Shown: positions 23,229 through 35,621 of the stretch, in pieces | Numbering within the stretch: the first letter of the stretch is position 1 | Layout of the letters: every line of letters begins with the position of its first letter | Assembly: GCA_973895155.1 (NCBI GenBank) | Contig: OZ316892.1 | Coordinates: forward strand, 10,830,283 to 10,894,282 | DNA length: 64,000 nt | Source of the DNA: Marsupella aquatica | Lineage: Eukaryota > Plantae > Marchantiophyta | Reading direction: 5' to 3' | Program-made: the position numbers and the translations under genes | The notes under the pieces: generated by a model | Databases searched by the model: none | Told to the model about the DNA's origin: nothing | Seen by the model: only the letters and a program-made list of their open reading frames with translations

Positions 23229-24383
23229 CAACCCACATACAAAAGAGGGGCAACATGACAATTGAATTAATTTTAGGGACAGGTGAGTTATTTTGACTAG
23301 TTTGAGGGACGCAGTAAAAAACTAGTTTACTCTTTACACCTTTACACGGAGCGAGTCTACGATTCTGCATGGGTCGAGATCTCTCGAATTCGTTGAGATG
23401 TCAAAACCTTTACGTCTTGTTAGAAGTACCGTTGAACAGATCGAATCCGCTCCCTTTTCAATTTTTGTGGGCGGGGCCTGAATTGTTTAGTTTTTATTAA
23501 TGTTGAACTGTTGAACAGAACGAACCCTCTTCAATTTCCGTTTTGTGGGCGGCCTGAATTGTTTAGTTTAGTGATGGCGCTCTTTCCCTCGATCGGACGA
23601 CACCATTCCGGCTGTCTGTTTCCTTCTCGCTCTTCATCTTCCTCTTACTGTACAGGACTAGAGTATTGATCGATTCCCATCCTGCCACGAGGGAGCTGAC
23701 CTGAAATCGGTGCCGTTTCTTTTCTGGCATTGAAAAATTCAGCTTAATTGCAGAGCGACAGAGAGTGCGCTGTGTTGCTCGCAAACGGAGGTGAAAAGCG
23801 TTGAAGTGAGCTCTCGTCCAGACCTCTGCGGTCCAGCAATGCTGCTTGCCAGCCGGTCGAAGTCCCCAAACTTGCTGTCCGTGTCTCCGGTTTTCGTGGA
23901 TTGGACGTTTCCATCCTCTGGCTTGGACAATTGGCGCCCAGATTCGCTCTCGCGCATCTGACCTAGTGACAATTTAGAGTCCCTCGCTCTGCTTTCGCTG
24001 TGTTTGATCTGCTCTACTCTGTTCCCCCCAAGTACCGGGAGGGCCCTTCTCTGATGCCGCTTTTCGTTCCGGAGTCTAGATCTACGTGCCGCTTTTGATA
24101 GGCTCTGCCTAGGCAAAGCACAATTGGAGGGTCGTAGTTGGTATATTCCGCCGACGCATTTCAATTTCCCTCTCGTAGTCGATGTATGATTTCGCTGCTC
24201 TGCCTCCACACCGCCACTTCGGCCGGCATTGTCTGGACGGATTGTTTGTGTGAAGTTGAATCCTTAGTTGAATCGAAGTTTGCATTTGGATGGGAGTGGG
24301 GGCGATGATTTACGCATGAGTTCGCGTGTTGCTTTTCGCAGTGTGCGGATTTTGTGGAATTTGCGGAGGATCCTGCATGTGTG

Positions 24384-27300
24384 ATGGATTTTAGTGCGCT
24401 CAGTAGGCGGTATAGGAGAACCAATTCGTTCGAGATTCTCGCGAGCAATAACCTCGGAGATGGAGACTCGGTCGGCACCGCCGGGGACGGTAGTAATATG
24501 ACGGTTGGGGACGAGAAGGGAGTGGAAAGCAAGGTCCGGAGGCGGCGAAGGAAGAGCAGAAGCAGGAAGACGAGCGTGGGCGATCTGAGTCCTCTGTGTC
24601 GTCTCGATGAGAATTTCTCCTCTCTTCCCGCGAGCCCGTTCGGCTCCCTCGAAAGCAGCCTCGTCACGCCTCTGGATGGATCCAATGTCTGGCGGGATGG
24701 CGATTCCTCGACCGAGCGGTCACCTTCAGTGTCTGCATTCTCCCAAGGCCACTCGAGGACCTCGAGCGTCGGAGGACCTTCTTCACAAGGTGCTGAACCA
24801 ATTAACTTCGTCGAGCTCTGATTTGTCAATGATTCGTTGCATTTCCTTCACTTCGGCAACACCTGTTTCAGGTGTTTAGTTTAAGGATTTTTTGTTCAGT
24901 TGAGTGAGATTGGGGAAATCTGATGAGGTGGACACTAAAAGGGTTTGGTTTTGAAGGGATTGATGAACCCCCTTGTGATTGGAGATTTTTCAGGTGAACT
25001 CAGGGCAAGTGGGAATTCAAATCTCGACGAGGCTTTGTTCGATCGAATTGAGGCAAGTTCTTCGCATGATGCTCGACTACTGTCTGGGCAGTTACACAAC
25101 CCTTCTCTTGAATCGGAAGAAACCCGCAGCTCTCAAGCAGCTCGGAAAATGTACACTGATCCTGATAGTCAGAGAAAAGCTGCTGAAATCCCCGATCAGA
25201 GAGCATCCGTTTCTGTTTCCATTGTTTCTTCTGCTGGAAAGCTTCAGCTAGAAGGAGCATTGGCAGAAAAAAATCTGAAGCTCAGGCAACCACTCCCACC
25301 TAAACCTCCTGACTTTTCTGCAGCTAGTGAGGGGTTAGCGGAACCTGTCTTTGCTCCTGGCACTCTATTTCCGCCAACAGAGTTGAGACAACGGCTCGTG
25401 GACAAAACATCCGACAAAGAGGGCGAGAACGAGAAGAGCAGGTCAGGCGTTGCAAACGGCGAGAGAAACCAACGCTCTCGTCCGGAATCCAGTCCTTCTA
25501 CGTCTGCTGATGAAAATCAAACTCCCCCGGCTTACAAGATTCGACTGGGAACATTTTTGACCCCCCAGATGAAGGATTGGGAGCGCCTAATGGCAACAAA
25601 TGCCCAATGTCAGTTCCTCAGACCACGACCTTAATTGTGGAGACCAAGGGAGAGATGGATGAACTGGAGATGAGATGCAACGAGCTGGGCCCTGTTTGAA
25701 TATTGCAGACGATGAATGATTAAGCTTTTAGAGAAGTTGTTCATCACGAATTGTCTAAGTTTTCCTCTTAACATGTGATGGCATGTTTTTTTGGATATTG
25801 AATTCTAGATCCTCCACCTTTGGAATTATCTCCAATGCAGTATCTTGCTACTGAGATTTTTAGCGGGAGCACATTGCGAAACACTACGTCTGCTGGGACG
25901 GAGCAGAAAAGAGAGCGAGTTTATAATACAATGTTTCACGTTCCCTGGCGCTGCGAACTGGTAAGGATTCGGTCATGCCAACGAGTATTCAGCTTGCTGT
26001 GTTTTAGAGTGGAATTCAATGTGCATTTCCACGCATATCCGTGCTTTAGAAAGTCAATACGAATCGTTCTGACCCCTCATTGTGGTTGCTTATTTCATGG
26101 AGAATGAAAACGGGCTTTTCATTCTACGGTGACAGAATGACCTTATTGCTGACTCGTGCTATAATGCAATGTTACAATGTGCAGCTTATAGATGTTGGTT
26201 TTATCGTCTGCTTAGATGCTTTCCTATCCCTCTTTACTGTAATGCCGGCGAGGATTGGCATGTTTGCCTGGCAGCGGTTGGCCAGATTACTAAAAGTGAG
26301 GTGAGATGATTCTTAGGACCTAAGCCGTTCATTTAGTGCTCAACTCCATTTTCTATGCTCTTCTTTTCTGTGTCCTTGAGAGGGTTCCGAGTTGTGGCAT
26401 TTGAAGTGGCACTGTGACGTGTTTGATTTTCTGCTTTTCACATACAGATTTTCACAGGCACAATAGCTGTTCGGTATTTCTCTCTCGGAATGGCCTCATC
26501 CTGACAGTTACTTGGGCAGGCAGTTGCAGAGGCCATTTGCAGCGGAGCTATGTGATTTTGGATGTTTAGTTGTACTAGTGGTTGGCGTAGCGATATTAAT
26601 GCAAGCAGGTAAGTAGTGGCAACGTAGACTTTTGAGTACATAAAAGTAAAGAGCCAGGAATGGGTAAGGAACATCCACAAGTGAATTTTCAATGTGGTAT
26701 TTACTGTTCTCATTTCCGGGTGCTCATTTTCTGTGCTCTTGAAAAGCAATGACAGCCAGTAATAGCTGGATTTTTGGGTGTGATTTGGTTGCCACTCGCT
26801 GCAAGCCTTGTTTTTTCTATCAATCGTCTATGGCCTTTCTTATTTTTTAAATTTGTATTCTGCAGATATAAGTATTATATATCATTGGATACGAGGTCAA
26901 GGGATTATTAAGCTTTATGTCGTCTTTAATGTTCTGGAGGTGGGTCCTCAGCCAAGGTGTTTGCATCTAGTAGTTTCAAAGCTTGTAATTATCATCGTTC
27001 CACCAATTCTCTGCCCTTGGCCTTGGCGATAAATCCAGCAGTTTCTCTCAGGTAGCATTGTCTGTGGGCCTCACTTTCAATTCTGACTTTCCATCTGAAA
27101 TTGTTTTGGTGCAGATCTTTGACAAGCTATGTCAGTCTTTCGGGTCAGACGTGTTGCAGGTCCTCTTTAATTCGGCAGTGAATGTAGAATCCTGTAGAAG
27201 TGAAGATCTATCCAAGGAGATCGTTCGTTTCGCTTTTGATCAGTGCATTGCGATTGTCTCTTTCTATATCCTTTTTCACAACTAAGCTTAACTGAGAGGT

Positions 27301-28941
27301 TGAAACCGGAAATAGATATCTAGCATGCTTCAATAAAGACGTCACTAGAGGCCAAGGAGTGCTTGTGGGCAGCTGATGAGGAGCTCGCGCTGTTTGGAAG
27401 TCAGGCCGTTGTGAGGATTTATTTTTCTTTGGAAATAGTCGTTCCTCTTAAGATTTTCGTCCAGTTTGCATCATCAGTGGGTTAGATGAGTCGAGCTGTT
27501 ATCAGCCCATTGCACTGGCTAAAATTGAATCGCAAGTTTGTTTAGCTAATAAAGTTTTTCTCTCAACGGTGTTGAGGGTTTTTTTTCTTTTCGTAAATTG
27601 CTTCCACTGAGCATTGGAGACGGATATTTCCTTGACAAGATACACTTGCTCATTCGCTAGTTATTATATCTCAAGCTATCACTATCTCAGCTGCAGTGAA
27701 TGCTCAAAATAATGCTCTGTTGACCTTGCTTATATCCAACAATTTTGCGGAGATAAAGAGTAATGTCTTCAAGCGTATGGGTACAGATCAGTTGCACAAA
27801 ATGGCTTATAGTGGTAAGATATTCCACCAATTCTCCAGTGTTTGCCCTTTCGGTGAAGTTCTTAGCTCCACGAAAGTGTGGTAAAGTTTGAGACAGTTAT
27901 GTAAGATAGCTTCTAAAACGCAGATTTTATAAAGATATTTGCAGATGCCCTGACCTTCAATTTCACCTCATGTACCTGTGCAGACACGGTGGAGAGGTTT
28001 CACATCATGACACATGTGTTGTTCGTTTGGGCTCAAAATGTTTTGAATGGAGAGGATTCACTATGGCTAAAGTTTTTTTATGTATGCCACCCTTCGCTTC
28101 AATTTTTCTGCAATTCTTCAGCTGTTCACTACATGACCTCACTTTGTTTGCAATGCTCCTATTACTGTATCGCAAATCCTTTCAATGATGTATCAGGAAG
28201 AACTTATTCTTGGTTTGTGGTGTAGAATGCAGGCATGGTCTTTATCTGCGAGGTGATGGTGGATGTCATCAAACATTCGTTTCTTGCAAAGTTCAATGAA
28301 GTGAAGCCAGCAGCATATTCTGAATTTCTGCAGGCACTCTGCAGCCAGGTACTCCATTTGACCCAAAACTTGGACGCATCTGCAGCTCACTCAAAACCTC
28401 TATTGCACATATTTTTCCTGCTTATTTCACGTCAAACATCAATTAAATTCTTGAATTTCATGCAGACCCTGAACAGTCAATCTCATGAAGTTCACAAGAC
28501 CCTCAGTTTTGTCCCACTCGCCCCAGCATGTGTGGTAAGTTGCAGTCTTTTCCATTCACTTAGAATAAGAATAAGATGAAGATGGAGAGTGGATATTGCT
28601 CTTATTCTTACTTATAGATGATACAAATATTTTTTTACTTCAGAGATCTAGATAAGGAGGCATTTTGTCCTGGGTTTCTCTCTTAGGATGATAATAAATT
28701 GGGCATTCTCATCCATTACTCATTGTTATTCCAGGTGATACGAATCCTGCTCCCAGTGTATGCTTCCTGCATACCAGAAGGCCCCATCTGGTGGAGATGG
28801 CCTTGCATGCTCCTGCTAGGGGGATTAACTTACATTGTTTTAGTTATATTTAAAGTCGTCGTGGGCCTCGGCTTGCAATATCATGCTAAGTGGTATCTCA
28901 AGCGCCATCCTTGGACTGCACCCCATCCGCATTTTGAATGA
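24384..28941 (+). CDS. POD1: POLLEN DEFECTIVE IN GUIDANCE 1 / TAPT1 (DUF747) ER membrane protein, about 755 aa
   Basis: Exons 24384-24789, 24994-25608, 25809-25960, 26185-26300, 26520-26608, 26866-26939, 27115-27265, 27646-27813, 27984-28081, 28226-28348, 28466-28534, 28735-28941 (2268 nt, in frame). Motifs IRGQGIIKLYVVFNVLEIFDKLCQSFG, LLISNNFAEIKSNVFKR, VDVIKHSFLAKFN. Confidence 0.93.
27266..27645 (+). other. U12-type (minor spliceosome) AT-AC intron in POD1
   Basis: Donor ATATCCTTT at 27266, branch site TTTCCTTGAC at 27627-27636, acceptor AC at 27644-27645; splicing restores IVSF-FAHSLVIISQAIT. Confidence 0.92.
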
Positions 28942-31230
28942 TATTTTCCCATCATCAATATAAATAATCCATGTAAGTACCACAACAGGATAAACGACGA
29001 ACTGTTGACGAACTTTTGAAAATCACGATGATCCGATTTGCCCCACAGTGAGTGTACCATAGTAAAATTGATTCTCGAAGAGCATGTTTTGCCTCTCTGA
29101 TCATTTTTTCCAAGTAACCTTTAGAGTGCTGGTGGTGTAGATATAATCGATACTCACTATTCTGGTGTCAGCTCCTGAGGGGTATGGTATGTTCCTTTGT
29201 TTTACCCGAGACGGCATGGACTCTAATATGTCTGATCAGGGGTATCCCACGGATTGCACAATTTAAGAATTTTGCCTTTCACATCTCTTTCCATCAATGT
29301 CTAGATCTTCTCGATTGTAGGAGCTTGTTTTTAGAGGACGTGTTCTCTACAAGCCTGTATTGGATTGTCCTTGGTCCTTACTTCCATCTTGCCGCAGAGA
29401 AACTATTACCATACATCGTCTTGGGATCAACGGTTCTACGCTGGCGTGAATTGTCTCTCACCAATGCGGAATATCATGGTTTTGAGTGGTATGGTGTACA
29501 AAGAGTGGGGTGGTTAGCAGTAAGTATAAACATAAAACCTTTCATAATTGGGTCACTCGCATGTTTTTATAATTGAGGATCTGAGCTCAGTAACATGACC
29601 TTGAGGGCCCAGGCAGGACAAAAAAACAATATGAAACCACACAAAATACCAGCCTGCTCATACTCTTATACACTTCGCTTAATGTTGGAAATACTCCACG
29701 TGAAAACCAATGCTTTTATCTTTGCCCGGCCAAAGTTTTGTCAAATATGCTAAGTATAAAATTTCCTGAAACAAAGTTGTGAGACAAAGAGCAGTCGAGA
29801 AAGTCCTACGGAGTAATGAGGGTGGGACGAAGTTGGCAATCAGAGTGATTGTCAAGGACGAAAGAGTGTGGTACTCTAGCGGAGGAACGGTGCAGGAATG
29901 GAGTTAGCTCAACGTCACCAATGTCATATAGTAGCACTGATCATTAGGTGCTGTCATTAAATTATATCTAAAATCTGAATGGTGCGTCATGAAAATAAAT
30001 TCTCCAGATTTTACGAAAGAGCTGCGCAGGTGTGAAGGGGAAATCTGTAGTACAACCTTTGATTAGAGGAAAGCCTAGGGTAGAACACTTCTCCAATCAA
30101 TCACTACATTATTCAGCAAAAGACCCCCATGAAATAAAACGGTGAAGGTGAGGGGCCCTGTAACACATGAAACCACAAATGGACCTTGCGCAACTGCATT
30201 TTCACAAAAACACAGACAGGGAGGTTACTCGAGAAGCAGGAAATTAACCAACTTGCCTGTCGTACCCTTCCTCTCCATCCTATCCTTCAATTCTGTCACG
30301 AGCTTTGGAGGCCCAGGCAGATGCTACCCTATCCCTCTACTGTCTCAGATCTATGGCTGCATTCCTGCCCTTGCTCATCGCAAGAAACTGGAGAAGTCCT
30401 AGCTTTCACTTCTATCAACACCGTAGCTCTTCTTCGATTGAGAGAGAGCAAATATCATTAGTTATTAAGCAACGCGCGCACCCCCTTCCCATTCCCAAAT
30501 AATAATAATAATTTTCTCAGAGAGCTTCTGAACATGCCAGTAAAAAAAATTCTTTTCCTCAACTTTGTCCATATAGTATCCATAAAAGTTACACACAATT
30601 ACTCAAACTCCGTTAAGATCATAGGAGAGTCAGTACATTTCGTCCGTACACTGTTAAAATCCATACAATTTTGGCTCAGTTGCACGATTCTTCTCTCCAA
30701 TGTCAGCAAGATTGTAGACATTTGCCCCAAGTTTGGAAAGGTCTCTCAGATTGGCCAAGAATTGGGTACAACCACTAATATAGGACAGTAGTGACTAATA
30801 ATTTACAATCAATGAAGCTATCAACCAAATCTAACATTGTCTGCCTCTCTTGCAAGCACCTTTGAGATTCAACACAAGCTTCAAATGTGATACCTAAAAA
30901 CTCTGCAGCAAAATTGCAATGCCTTCCCTCCTGCTCTCAATTGCTCACTACTCAGCCTTGGGGGTTAACCCAGACCAAGATCATGAGTTTGCCTGGTGGC
31001 ATAGGTTTTGGCATATTGCGAGGGTGGTTTATGGGTTTGGCCTTGTGTTTTTCCCTCAAGAAAAACAGCAAAATTCCAAAATGTGACTCACCTGCTAAGT
31101 TACCCGGAAACTTTACTTGCAACCTAAACTTACCCAAATATCATACATTACAGAAACTCTACTGCCTCAGGGAAATTCCGCAAAGCCAAGACTGAGCATT
31201 GCCTCTGAGGTGCCCAACAATTCCTTGAAA

Positions 31231-31639
31231 CAGCTTCTCACTAGCCTACCCCCAAACTATCCCACATTACTAATGCGCCCCCAAAATAAATTTAATTATC
31301 AACCTGCCCCCCCCCCCCTTTCGTATATGGGAACCTTAGTATTAACTCGTGACCGGGCTCTTGTTGCCATTGGCAACCCTTAACCAGCCGTGGCCCCCTG
31401 ACTCACTCCCCCTTCCCCATTGCGGGACACAGTTGTAGGCCCTGCAATGGGGAAGGGGGACCGAGGGGGGTTGCGGCGGGTTAAGGCTAGCCAATGATGC
31501 CTGGCTACATGGCACCGGGAACCTGGTCTCAAGTTAATACTAATTAGTATACAAAATGGGGTGCAGGCTGATAAATAATTTTGTTTGGGGGTTATGTTAG
31601 TAATATTGGGTTTTTGGGGGGACAGTTTAGTAAAAGCTG
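31231..31639. mobile_element. GC-rich foldback element (409 bp) with a perfect 10-bp TSD, Mutator-like
   Basis: TTCCTTGAAA at 31221-31230 and 31640-31649; ends CAGCTT...AAGCTG; arms pair along their length (CCCCCTTCCCCATTGCGGG / CCTGCAATGGGGAAGGGGG, TTAGTATTAACT / AGTTAATACTAA). Confidence 0.88.
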
Positions 31640-32828
31640 TTCCTTGAAAACTCCCATCATGACATTTATGTGTAACTGGGACTTTACTTCCAAGTACATA
31701 GATGCTTCGAGATGTGCAAACCATAAACACATAAGGAACGAAAAGAGGACAAAAGGGCTCCAGAAATGAGAATGGGAATCAGATATGACTTTATGCTGGT
31801 GTTTTGTTGTTTCAAAATAAATAAACAAACATGAGGAAGCAAGACCACCTAGCACGCCAAGAAAACAGGACAATGGAAGCACATGCAAACAAAACTGACT
31901 GTATAACCGAGACGAAGGGCAGGTATATGCTCAACAACAAAGTTGCTCTATAATAATTACAGTCATACACATCAGGTGAGATGGAAATTATTGCAAGACT
32001 AAGATACAACGTCATTGAGTTTGGCTTTTATGTCTTCGATCAAAATAAGAGACATGCAAATTTACTCTTTACGTCAATGATTTAAAGTCAAAACATTTGG
32101 ATAACTAAAACTTTTATTTTGCAGAGAACCATAGAGATCATGATAAACCTGTCCATATACTGATGTTTTTTTGATGCGTCATTTCATGCATCTTTTGACA
32201 AAAACTTCCTAAAACCTTTCTGAAGGGTTCTAGTCATAAACAAGCATCTTTGTATATGTGTTCAACCTTAGGGGGCAGAGGTCCGAGATGTGCATCATAA
32301 CCAAGAATTGACCTCTGCCAGCTAACAAGGTCTACTTTTTGAAAAGTAATCGAAGAAATTCATACTCCGGCTTTGGTCAGCAGGAATTTCCATTCAACTT
32401 TGGTCAAAGTGAAAACTTTGAAGGTCTGATAGTTTTTCTGGTGCATTGCTTTGACCCACAAAATATACCAGCCATCTCTGGTTAATGGACTTTATGGATA
32501 GGTTTAATATGGTGCAACTTTCCTTTCACCTGTCTAAGATTTACATTGTCTTTTTCCAAATAAGCGTGGAATACAGTTTACAACAGGGGCTGGAAAACTT
32601 TGATGTTGATCCTAGTCTCAAAGAATCCATCACAATCAATCAACAACCAAAGTTTGCTTGTGGATAAGAGGAGACTCTAAACCCCCTCAAAAAGGGGACA
32701 TTCAAAGTGTACCTTACCGTGATTATTATTTTCATCATGGTTTTGTTCAGTTGAGAGTACTCTCGTCCATATAGTCGCTATCAATCCCTATCACATGATC
32801 CATTACCCTCACAATTGGGGAGGGGAAT

Positions 32829-32960
32829 CTAGCCTTGTGTTCCACACTCTACACATGAGTTGACATAGCATCGTGAAATTTTCATCATGATCCAAATGCA
32901 TATGCTATCATATATTCGACCTCTTTCCTTGTCACCATCCATCATGTGTCCTTCTTGTAA
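32829..32960 (-). pseudogene. Possible ancient Ty3/gypsy integrase zinc-binding remnant
   Basis: Minus-strand translation EGHMMDGDKERGRIYDSICIWIMMKISRCYVNSCVECG resembles the GH...W..M...YV.SC..C spacing; no other domains recognised. Confidence 0.3.
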
Positions 32961-33264
32961 ACAGCACCTGGGGATAAGTTCTTTCTTCTCCCAAGAATAA
33001 TGTTAATGTAGAAACCCTTTGGAAAAACAGCCTGAGGACCCAAATTCTTATTTTTGAGATTCGACCAAAGAGTTACTCATTAAGTTATTGTGATGTGAAC
33101 CAAGTACCAAGCCAGGCTCAATAGAAAAACATTCACAATGAAAGCCAAGGCTCATAATGAGCCACATCCCCTGCCCAAACAACTCCTCCCAATGCCTGGT
33201 GTCCCTAGAGTTTTCTTAGGTTCACACCAAAGACTTACAGTGTACCCCATTTTGAATGGGGTTT

Positions 33265-33433
33265 GTGTTAAACCATGCCTGCCCTTCAAAAGCTACGGTT
33301 ACCCGCAGCTACTAGTAACAGTAATTTTTTTCCTGAAACTGTGATGTAAAATGTCACGGTAAAGGAAAAGACAAGTGGAATGTGAAAAAGGGGGTCTTGG
33401 ACACTTCCCCTTGTGTATAGCCAATAGTGGTTT
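33265..33433. repeat. Dispersed ~175-bp repeat, copy 2
   Basis: Co-linear similarity with 23050-23228. Confidence 0.7.
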
Positions 33434-33445
33434 CAAAAGAGACTA

Positions 33446-33812
33446 CACTGTTCACCGTAATTAGTGTGACTAACACTAATGTGAGATCAACTTGTGAATT
33501 AGTGTTCATCACACGAATGTTTGCTAACACTATTTTTGCACACATGAATTAGTGTTACTATGGTCTCAAGAGTGAATAAAATAGAGGGAAAAACACTGTT
33601 TTGAAAAATACACAACAATTAGAGTTACTTTGGACTCAAGATAGTCCGGTTTTTACTTGCAATATAAACAAAAGTGGAAAAAAACTGTTCAGAAAAAATG
33701 ACAAAAATTAATGTTACTTGGATTCAAAATTATGTTTCAAAAAAATAGTGTTAGTAACACTAATTTTGTATTAATGCTAATTCTTGCATAACACTAATTA
33801 CCTTGAGCAGTG
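33446..33812. mobile_element. TA-flanked MITE (367 bp) with CACTG...CAGTG termini
   Basis: Left CACTGTTCACCGTAATTAGTGT versus reverse complement of the right end CACTGCTCAAGGTAATTAGTGT (19/22); TA on both sides; internal AATTAGTGTT/AACACTAAT motifs. Confidence 0.8.
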
Positions 33813-35621
33813 TAGGTGTACCTAGCGGGATTTGACCACAGACACTACCTCCCACAGAGCTACGCACTATCAGCTAGTGGTACTTAAAGTAAAATTCAGG
33901 TCAAACTGCTCAGGCAGCAATCCGTGTAAGGTTGTGTGAATAGGCTGAACTTGCCTTGAAGTTGCCTCTCATCCTCAATTAGAAAAACATACAAAATTTG
34001 TACCGAAGGGCCGCGGAAAAGTACTCAATTATAAGATATGGAGTTTCATGTGGATACGCAACTTGAAACCAAGTCTGCGTAATGGTACTTCTCATGTCAT
34101 GGTCAATCACCATTAATACCCTAGCCTTTATCCTTGTGAGGATAAGAGATCATACATGGGACAACTCAAACATGGGTGTTTTGTGCTAGCTGGCATTGCT
34201 GTACTTCTGGAGGTTTGTATTTTTAAGGCATTCTTTGGGCTTCTTGCCCTTATCCCCTTAAAAAATTGTAAAGAAAAAACACCAATAAAAAACATTTAGA
34301 GAACTAAAGAGAACCTCCTGGGACTATACAAGGATCACCGGATGGACACTTCTTCTTTTCTACTCAGATTTCATCCCAGTTGTCAATTTAGAGTGACGAG
34401 TCTGTCTTCACTGTCAAAGACTTCAGGCGGCCGTTTCAGCTCCTAGTTTGCCCAAGTCTACATGGCAGTTGGTGGGTCCCAATGAGAGTGAAGGCTGAAT
34501 GGTGACCTACAGTAGACACTGTTTTTGTGACTAAAGCTTCAGACCACCTGAAGAGGTGGTCTAAACTGTATCCACTCAGCCTCTTGGAATGCAATGATTT
34601 CATTCCCCATGCACTAAAATGTAGCCCATCGTATTTGGTCTGGGAAAAGTATTACTCCGGTCTTATAAACTGCCCCTTACTTAAAATAGTTATTTTCCTA
34701 GTTTCCTAGTGGAGTGCACAATCCTTCATGGATATCCCAAAGCGTGCACGCACATTGAAAGAACAGATTAGATGCCCACTAAAGATACAGCTCGACAACT
34801 GGTACTCCGTAGTAATTTATTATTGTTGTTGTGCTGCTTGGATGTGTCATGTGTGAGGTACCGTTGTCTCACCATGACATAGGGCTGCTCCATGGGTCTA
34901 ATAAAGTATATATTGTTGAAGGTTCCATTTTGCTGGCCACAAGCACTACCCCATGTGCATGTTTGCCTCTAAGGTATCGGAGCTGGCCTGAGACTGGCGA
35001 TGCTGGACATGGCAATACCTTAATTATACCGTGGTTTGTGGTCTTCAGCCGTGAAACATTATTTAAATTTACTTCCTAGCGACCGTGTTAGGAGGCCAGA
35101 ATTCTTTCCAGCCAACCTGTTTTCTGAGAGGTGGCTATCCAAAATATGTGACTGTGATGATAAGAATGCAATGATGTTTGTATAGTCTGGAATGTTTATA
35201 CATATAGTGGTGTCGGATGACCGGCTGGTCCGGTCGTCCGGTCAATGGGAGGAGGTAGAGTCTAACACTCCCCTTTGTATATATAGTGACAACTATATAG
35301 ACAACATAGACTATACCTATTATATCATGTTCATAGAAAATACATGATATAAGTACAATAGAGGTAAACTGCCTCGTTAAAAAACCTTTATCAACTCTAG
35401 CTAAATAAAAACTATACCATTGTAGCAGAGAAAAAATATGAGTGCTAAAGGAAAAAGAGTGCAGCCTAACAGTCCTCGTCGTAATAAATGTCAATATTAA
35501 ATAAAGTTAGATGCTATAGTAAATCTAGCTTTAACATTTGTCGCAACAGTAGGTCGTCAGCATCATGTCGTCAGCAGCATCAATCGTCATGTGGAGTAGC
35601 AGTTTCCACGGTCATCATGCG

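Noticed and set aside
24161-24829. 222-aa minus-strand ORF
   Set aside because: Antisense shadow of POD1 exon 1.
29020-29108. Possible C/D box snoRNA in the POD1 3' region
   Set aside because: Box C is imperfect and no rRNA-complementary guide was recognised.
30951-31196. Short inverted ends CTCAGCCTTGG / CCAAGACTGAG
   Set aside because: Only 11 bp with a mismatch and no TSD.
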